Below are positions 57,098 to 64,000 of a stretch of 64,000 nt of DNA, piece after piece. How positions within the stretch are numbered: position 1 is the first letter of the stretch; every line of letters begins with the position of its first letter. Source of the stretch: Octopus vulgaris (lineage: Eukaryota); the NCBI GenBank assembly GCA_951406725.2, contig OX597827.1, forward strand, positions 20,584,001 through 20,648,000, given 5' to 3'. The notes below the pieces were generated by a model that worked only from the letters and a program-made list of their open reading frames with translations, ran no database searches and had not been told where the DNA came from. The position numbers and the translations under genes were made by a program.

Positions 57098-59690
57098 CTG
57101 TACTTATTGGAGGAAATGCTATTGACCTGGCTTTTAACTTTCCATTTGCGTAATTAATGCAGTTGATATAACTATGAACCAATGCGCTGTGACATTGCTT
57201 GATATCAGCATAATCATTAAAAAATGGGGCAGAAACATGGATAACATAATTTGCCCTTAATAGCCCACCAGCTCTGGTACACACTATGTTGCTAACATCC
57301 AACAAGCCATTTTTCAGGGATATTTCCCGGCACATCTTATCAAAATCAGGGCCGGCAGCATGAGAGATGGCTTGTGCGATACCGCCAGTGCTCTGGAGAA
57401 GCTGATTGGCTGGGCTGACAATGACTGTCGTGTCGATATGGGTAATACTTTCACAAAGTACAACAACAGAGATACCACCTTGAAAATGGAGAGAGAAGTT
57501 AGCTAGGAATTGTAAGTCTTTATCCCTGAAGCCGACGCACCGCGGTATTGCAGACTTTGATTTGCACTCGCTTGCGCTATCATCAGTTTTCTGTTTACAC
57601 TGTGTAGTATTGCTACAGTCGCTCATTTTATCAGTAGCACTTTTAGCTTTGATTGGTGGATTTTGTCGTTTAGGTTTCCGTCTTCTCCCACGAGGTGGAT
57701 GCACAGGTGAGTTGACATCTTCAGTTTGTTCTTCACTCGAGTGTTGCTGGTATCCCTTTTCAGATACCCCTGTATCCTCATGACTACTATGTCGGTGTCT
57801 GTCTCGCCAGCTCTTAACTTCACATTGGTCATCTTGTCGTGATGGGGAGCAGTTAGTCTCCACACTGTCGTCATAGCTACTACGTCTCTGCCGGACCAGC
57901 GGAGAGCGCTTTCCACCTTTAGCCTCCCTGCTGCTCTGATGGGTCTTGTGTAACGATGGACAGTGATTTGAGTCGGCAGAATCCAAGACACTGTTTCCAC
58001 ACTGTCGTGGAGATGGCAAACTTGTATTAACATTTTCAAAATTGCTACTTCCACGACGGTAACTCCCTGGTGTGTTAGGGTCCAGTGGTTCATGTTTACT
58101 GCTTTTATGGCTCCTTGTTTCTGAACTCCCCCTCTCGCGACATGTTCCGCGGTGTGGTGATGGGCTGTTGTCTGATGACCCATCAACGCTATTGTTACGA
58201 CATCGACTAGAAGTTTTCTCAACAGAAGTCCACGCTGGATCTAGCCGATCTTGTTGGTTATCTCCAATACTACCTCTTTTTTCAGTTGACGTCTTAATTT
58301 CAGTCCAATGAGCACTACGTCTTCGAGCAGGACTTTCATGTGTTCTATCAGGGGCTTCACTTAAACCTCGGTAATGCAAGTTTTGACTCTGGCAACTTTC
58401 GCTCCGATCCCGATTTGGTGAAAAGCTGCTACTTCGACTACTGTTTCGATGTGAGACACTTCCCCGGTGAGTTCTACGACTTTTTGCTCTGCTTGAACTG
58501 ATGCAAGATTTTTCTAGATCTCTCTCATCACAGATTCGATCTCTAGAGTGACATCGGTTACATTTGTTGCGGGTACAAGTTTCTTTTGTTTTCTCTAAAT
58601 GTTTGTGACATTCACGAGTATTTGCGGCCCCATAATCTTTATCCTGAGAGTTTTTACATTGATTTCCTACTCCTTGACACTCCTTAGAGCGTGGTGTCGG
58701 GCTAGTTCGTCGGGAAGATCCCTCACAGTTTGTGCCAAGACAGTTTTCCCCTGAGCAATGGTAATCAGCCTGTTGGCAAGAAGATGGCACCACACCATCA
58801 GCTCCTTTCTCATATTCAGAGTCACCTTTAATATTGACTGACTTTCTCACATCTTCCCAGTAAAAACTAGATTTGCGAATATGACATGGTGAGGAATCTC
58901 TGTGGTCTGCTTCTTTCAGCCATTGTCCCTGGACTTTATCAAGATGGTTCAAGTCATGGCATTGAGGTTTTGCTGCATCACAGCCATCTGGCTTTAACAA
59001 GGAATCCCCGGCTTGGTCTGAGATTTTCTTGTCTCGATCTAAGCTATCATCTCTATTTGAACGTGTGCTCCAGTTACGCATCCTTCCTTCTTTCTTGTAC
59101 AGCTCCCACTGGCTGTCGGGGTAATGATACTCATCATAGACCACTGTTGATTTGTCAGGTTGGTAAAAGGTCGATAAAAATCGCTCACGAGCCAGTTTCA
59201 TGTAAGCTCGACGATGCCTGGGGCTGTCAAAGTCGATGCCACTGTATCCACCAGACTCTGGCTTCTGTTTATCACTGGTGCCATCTGCTACAGCACATGA
59301 CAATGTTGGCACTGTTGTGGTTGTTGTTGTTGGGGATGTTGTTGTGTTTGTTGTTGTCATGTTAGTGTCTTTTAGCTTTGAGTCATTTAATTGATGGAAA
59401 GGGCTGTTACTTGAGAGGTTTTCTTTCTGTGGATCCAGATTTTCATTTAAGTTGTCTTTGCTGCTCTTTTTCGGCGACTCACATTCAGATCCACTCTCCT
59501 GCATCTTCTCTAATAGAACCTTGGCACACTCCAGTGAATACCAGGTTCCTTCCAAGCCATAAAGTGAGGTACGTTTATCAATACCGAACCGGACTTTGGG
59601 GATTGAAGTGAGTTCTCGGATGTACTTCTCATTTCTCAACAGCAGGTTTGTGATATCGGGGTCGAGAGTTGCGGTCATTGACACAAAAAC
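57098..59690 (-). CDS. DTX3L-like: Large coding exon of a macrodomain-RING-Deltex E3 ligase: KH-like fragment, long Ser/Arg-rich disordered region and most of the macrodomain
   Basis: Lies within the 887-aa ORF 57021-59684. Acceptor ctaac...ttcctttcttttctaaacag|GTT at 59690 (phase 0); donor CAG|GTGAGT at 57098/57097 (phase 1); 2593 nt. The C-terminal part carries macrodomain motifs (IVSPANQLLQSTGGIAQAISHAAG, YVIHVSAP, SIAFPPISTG). Confidence 0.93.
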
Positions 59691-60457
59691 CTGTTTAGAA
59701 AAGAAAGGAACAAAGTTAGTCTCTTTTAAAATTCTTCAAATGCTGCTACTACTACTACTACTACTACTACTTCTAGATATTAGATGTCTAGCAGGTGTTG
59801 AAGACATGTGCAGAGATGTGGCTTTCATTCTTTTTTTAAAAATCACTCAGGAAATTTAACTGATTCCATCTAGAAATCGATGCCAGGTCATGGACCAATT
59901 TTGAGAGGAGTGTAACCACTAGTCTTTGATGTACATCCTGGAGGTGGATTCCTAGTAGTAGTAGTAGTAGTAGTAGTAGCAGCAGTAGTAGTCATATTAT
60001 TAACAACAATAACAAATCCTTACATTATTGGTGAGAAGCGACATATTTTTATAAAAGAGATAGAACGAAATAAACTCCAGTTCTTACTGCACCCTGGAGG
60101 GTCCAAAACTCAAAAACTGAATCTATCAGGTTATGACCTCAGCATTTAGAGAAGAATTACATTAAATACTTCTAAAGATCAAATTCACTTCCCACTGCAC
60201 ATCTCCAACTAATTTTTATCATATTAAATACTAAAGTTCTCTCCCTTGCTCTATTTCCATTGTTAATAACACTGATGACTTTTCTTCTCGTTATGAGCGG
60301 TGTTCCAAGTAATTAAAAGTGGTTTCTGAACCATTACACTTTGTTAACTCGCACGTAACTATGGGTTTCCTATACTGAAGACTGCTAGGAATTTAGTTTC
60401 ATGCTCGACTATTCTTCCTAACACCCTGCCCTAAGACATTAATGATAATAAAAATAA

Positions 60458-60687
60458 GGTGGCGAGCTGGCAGAACTGTTAGCACGCTGGGCGAAATGCT
60501 TTTCGGTATTTTGTCTGCTGTTACGTTGTGAGTTCAAATTCTGCCAAGATCGACTTTGCCTTTCATCCTTTCGGGGTCGATAAATTAAGTACCAGTTACG
60601 CACTGGGGGCCATGTAATCGACTTAATCCGTTTGTCTGTCCTTGTTTGTCCCCTATGTGTTTAGCCCCTTGTGGGTAGTAAAGAAAC

Positions 60688-60688
<1 letters not shown>
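60458..60688 (+). mobile_element. SINE family A
   Basis: Full-length homologue of 29702-29932 and of the reverse complement of 43258-43487. Decayed partial copies near 13495-13640, 25795-25890, 48820-48970 and 49950-50080. Confidence 0.88.
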
Positions 60689-60721
<33 letters not shown>

Positions 60722-60722
<1 letters not shown>

Positions 60723-61180
60723 CCGCGGAGAGTGGCAGAGTCAGAGACTGGCAAAATCCTCTGGGATTTCTCAATCCAAATAGATCAGGACCACATACGC
60801 ACCACATACGCTATATAATTGATGTTGCAAGACCCCCTTGATATACGAATAGTCAGGAAGGGAGTCGAAAAGATAGCTACAACCCTCTTAAGTATGAAAT
60901 AGCCCAGCTATGGAAAATGAAGAAGGTGAAGATAATCCCAATCATTGTTGGGTCGTTGGGAACAGTATCAGAAGGCATCAAGAGGAATATAAAGGAAATT
61001 GGAATAGAGTGCCTAGTAGAACTGTTACAAAAGGTTTGCTTCCTTGGCACTGCCAGAATAAGCAGGAAAGTATTAGATAACTGAAAAGAATGGATAGCAT
61101 GGTACCGTAGGCTGCAGGTAGCAAGCCCACAATGTATGCAAGACTCCAGGAGCTCCAATAAAACTTGAGATAAAGAGAAA
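60722..61180 (+). mobile_element. 5'-truncated R4/Dong-clade non-LTR retrotransposon, restriction-like endonuclease end
   Basis: Plus-strand translation gives KILWDFSIQ.D ... LKYEIAQLWKMKKVKIIPIIVGSLGTV...LLQKVCFLGTARISRKVLDN*. Flanked by (TAA)n on both sides. Confidence 0.78.
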
Positions 61181-61200
61181 ATAATAATAATAATAATAAT

Positions 61201-61517
61201 GCTATAGTGCAGCCATCCTGAAATGGACACAGGTGGTGGTTTTGTTCAACATCCTCAAACTACCCTTATTCAGAGACATTTTGAGTGGGATGGGCTACTC
61301 AATCTGAAGAAGATTCTAACTGGGCCCCCACCTGCAAGGCCATGCACTGTTTATCTTGGTATGCGATCACCATGTCACGCACATGGTTGTGATGCATGTG
61401 CCTGGTGTACCCTAATCAGACGGGCAGTCACGATGGGTATGTTGGGCTTTGTATATTTTCCCCCAGTGTCACTTTGATGGCATGCACTGCTCTCTCACTC
61501 AATAATAATAATAATAA
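61201..61517 (+). mobile_element. Probable retroposon 3' end with (AAT)n tail
   Basis: GC-richer block between AAT runs, ending ctctctcactc(aat)n. No second copy seen in the window. Confidence 0.4.
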
Positions 61518-62579
61518 CAGTAATTGTTTCTAGTTTAGGCACAAGGACAGCAATAACTGAAATGATGGATATAAAGAGAGAAGATGGAGAGAGAAGTGTG
61601 AACTGATTGTCTGTGACAACTTTAGGAAAGAAATTCAGACTGCTGAGAAAACATGACTGAAGAACTGTTGCTTAATTGAAGAAATGTTCAAAGAAGAAGA
61701 AGAAGAAGACAATGTCAACAAGGATTTAGTGTTTAGACAACAACAACAACAGAATGAACAAGATGAAGTTGATCCCTACAATAGAAATGGAGAGATCTTG
61801 TTCTCATTACAACAGTTTCACTGCCTCCTCTGCAATTTACCCCGATGAACTCTAAACAAGGAAGGTTAATAATTTCAAAATGTCTGAAGGATGATGTTAC
61901 CATTGTCTATTTTGGTGCAAAATTTGCTCCTCTCAAGAGAAAGGGTTCTTTTTTTTCCCTAGAATTCAAAGACACACATAACATTTTACTCCTAATCTTT
62001 ATAAGTATTCACATTACCTCCTTGCAAGCACACATGCATATGAAGTAAAGTCTTGCTGGTCTCAGTACACCCTCTTAAAACTAATAATTTTATGAACAAA
62101 TGAGGGAGCCTCTGTGTTGTTTGAACTCCTATAAATAGTAGCCAAGTTTTCCTCAAATGATAACATTGTCCTAGATACACTCTGTTTCATAAAACTGGAT
62201 ATGTATGGCTAAAAGTAAGCTGGATCACAAATGACCAACGGCTAAATAACAATAACTTATAACCATTTAAACTTATAAACCTGAATTTCATTCATGATTT
62301 TACCTGAATAAAGTTTGTCTTTTCCACAGTTCCAATTTTCTTGTTAATACTTCAATACAGAAAATATAAATGACTAAAGATTAACCAAATAGTCAACAAT
62401 TTTGACTATCATTAGTCATGTCAAATACCCAGAATTCCTAATGATGAGAAAAGGTACAATAATTTCCTCTCTATTTCCTAAATCTTATCAAAATGTGAAT
62501 TGTTTAGCAAATGTAACATTAGAATAATAATAATGATAATAATGTCTGTCTCACCGAAATGATAGTGCTGTATTGTTAC

Positions 62580-62731
62580 CTGATTTTGTCATTTCAAGTA
62601 AAACATTATGGCATTGATGTATGCGATGCAATCATCATCATTGCATTTGAAATTGCTTAACAGTTGATTTCTGAAAACTTTCAGACAACGTTTCCCATCC
62701 TCTGTATCTACTGATTTTGCTTTGTACACTA
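62580..62731 (-). CDS. Candidate upstream exon containing an in-frame TGA at 62591-62589 (uncertain)
   Basis: Tandem TAGTAG acceptor (phase 1), reading frame VYKAKSVDTEDGKRCLKVFRNQ...FYLK*, then CAAAATCAG|GTAACA donor (phase 0). The polypyrimidine tract is weak. Confidence 0.25.
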
Positions 62732-63132
62732 CTATTAATAATAATAAATAGTTAATCTTATAGTCTTTGGTGGTTTGTATATAGGATGGTGGTGTTGTCA
62801 ACTAAGGTTTTCATTTTCTATGTAGTTTCATTTCATTATATGTTCTGTAATAGCTGCTGGCTGTAATTGCATGCTAGTGGAGCCACATGTGCTTCTGATC
62901 AGCCTAAAGTTAAAACACTGCTATCTCTATTCCACAACACTCCTAGCTATAAACAACCACGGAACTGAGTTATGGTTCACTGTTACAAATTCACAAGTAT
63001 TTCATTAGGGTATCCTACTAAACCTAATCTCTTTTCTAACCGCAAAATGCTTTGCTACTTCAAACTGATTTGCTTAGCAAGAATTACACATCAATAACAA
63101 CCATCTGACCTAATGTGTTATTGGATTTGTAC

Positions 63133-63566
63133 GTGTGTGTAACAAGAGTCATGTGCAGTATGTGTATGTGTGTGTGTACTGTGTGTGTTTGTGCTTTGTG
63201 TATAGTGTGTGTGTGCTGTATTGTGTGTGTGTGTGCTTTGTGTATAGTGTGTGTGTGTATGTGTGCCGTATTGTGTACTGTGTGTGTGTGCATGCTGTAT
63301 TGTGTGTATGTGTGCTGTATGTGAGTGTGCTGTATTATGTGTGTGTGTGTGTGCTGTATATGTGTGTACTGTGTGCGTATGTGATTTATGTGAGTGTGTA
63401 CTGTGTGTGTATGTGTGTTTGTGTGCATGTGGTGTGTGTGTGTGTGTGCATGTGGTGTGTGTGTGCATGTGGTGTGTGTGTGTGCTGTGTGTGTGTGTGT
63501 ATGCATGTGGTGTGTATGTGTATGTATGCATGTGGTGTGTGTGTGTGTGTGTGTATGTATGCATGT

Positions 63567-63598
<32 letters not shown>
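63133..63598. repeat. Degenerate (TG)n tract with recurring gcatgtggtgtg sub-units
   Basis: Directly visible. Confidence 0.95.
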
Positions 63599-63601
<3 letters not shown>

Positions 63602-63769
63602 AGTCCAAAATCTAAAAAATGCCTTTCTTTGAACCGCTGAAGACAAATTTGTTAAACACGGAATGCGGAATTCTCACCCCCACCCCTCCCCACCAATTGG
63701 TTTATGATATTTCTTAAATTTGTTGACCTTATTTCAGGTGCTCACACCTGTGGCTCACACCTGCCTTAC

Positions 63770-63962
63770 CAACAGAGAAGAACATTTCTGTTGTCGACTT
63801 TATTTCAACGATGACCACCACCCCTACTGCCATTCCCAAAACTCCACTAGTCAGACAGTAGTCACATTGAGGTTTTAATGATCTTGAAAGACCAAACTTC
63901 TTTAAATTCATGGCCAATGAAATGCCTTTGAGGAAACCGTTGCAACTGAATTGAGTTGCCAT
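63770..63962 (-). CDS. Candidate upstream first coding exon or uORF exon (uncertain)
   Basis: Non-repetitive ORF with strong start context accATGG and a donor TTG|GTAAGG in phase 1. No recognisable domain. Confidence 0.3.
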
Positions 63963-64000
63963 GGTTACGAGGTGGGTTTGTATCTGTTTATTTGATGTAA

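Noticed and set aside
57562-59611. Antisense and alternate-frame ORFs overlapping the large exon (also 23989-24740)
   Set aside because: Shadow ORFs of a real coding exon with no recognisable motifs.

Overview
AT-rich, microsatellite-saturated eukaryotic DNA. The repeat families look like those of octopus genomes; this is inferred from repeat style, not verified by search. One protein-coding gene is well supported, on the minus strand, with four exons reconstructed by hand: 59690-57098, 25317-23900, 23089-22872 and 20882-20813. All junctions are GT-AG and phase-compatible, giving at least 1432 codons. The product reads: KH-like fragment, long Ser/Arg-rich disordered region, macrodomain, disordered linker, C3HC4 RING, Deltex C-terminal (DTC) domain. 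This is a DTX3/DTX3L-type E3 ligase carrying its own macrodomain, and a 31.8-kb intron splits that domain inside its ISTG|SFG loop. The 5' end is uncertain: two candidate upstream exons join in phase but contain an in-frame TGA. The rest is mobile DNA and repeats: Merlin and mariner transposase relics, MITEs, a non-autonomous Helitron, R4/Dong-, RTE- and Penelope-like fragments, at least four SINE-like families (one a nested stack), a ~160-bp tandem array, several long hairpins and minimal hammerhead-ribozyme motifs. No functional tRNA, rRNA or CRISPR array is supported.
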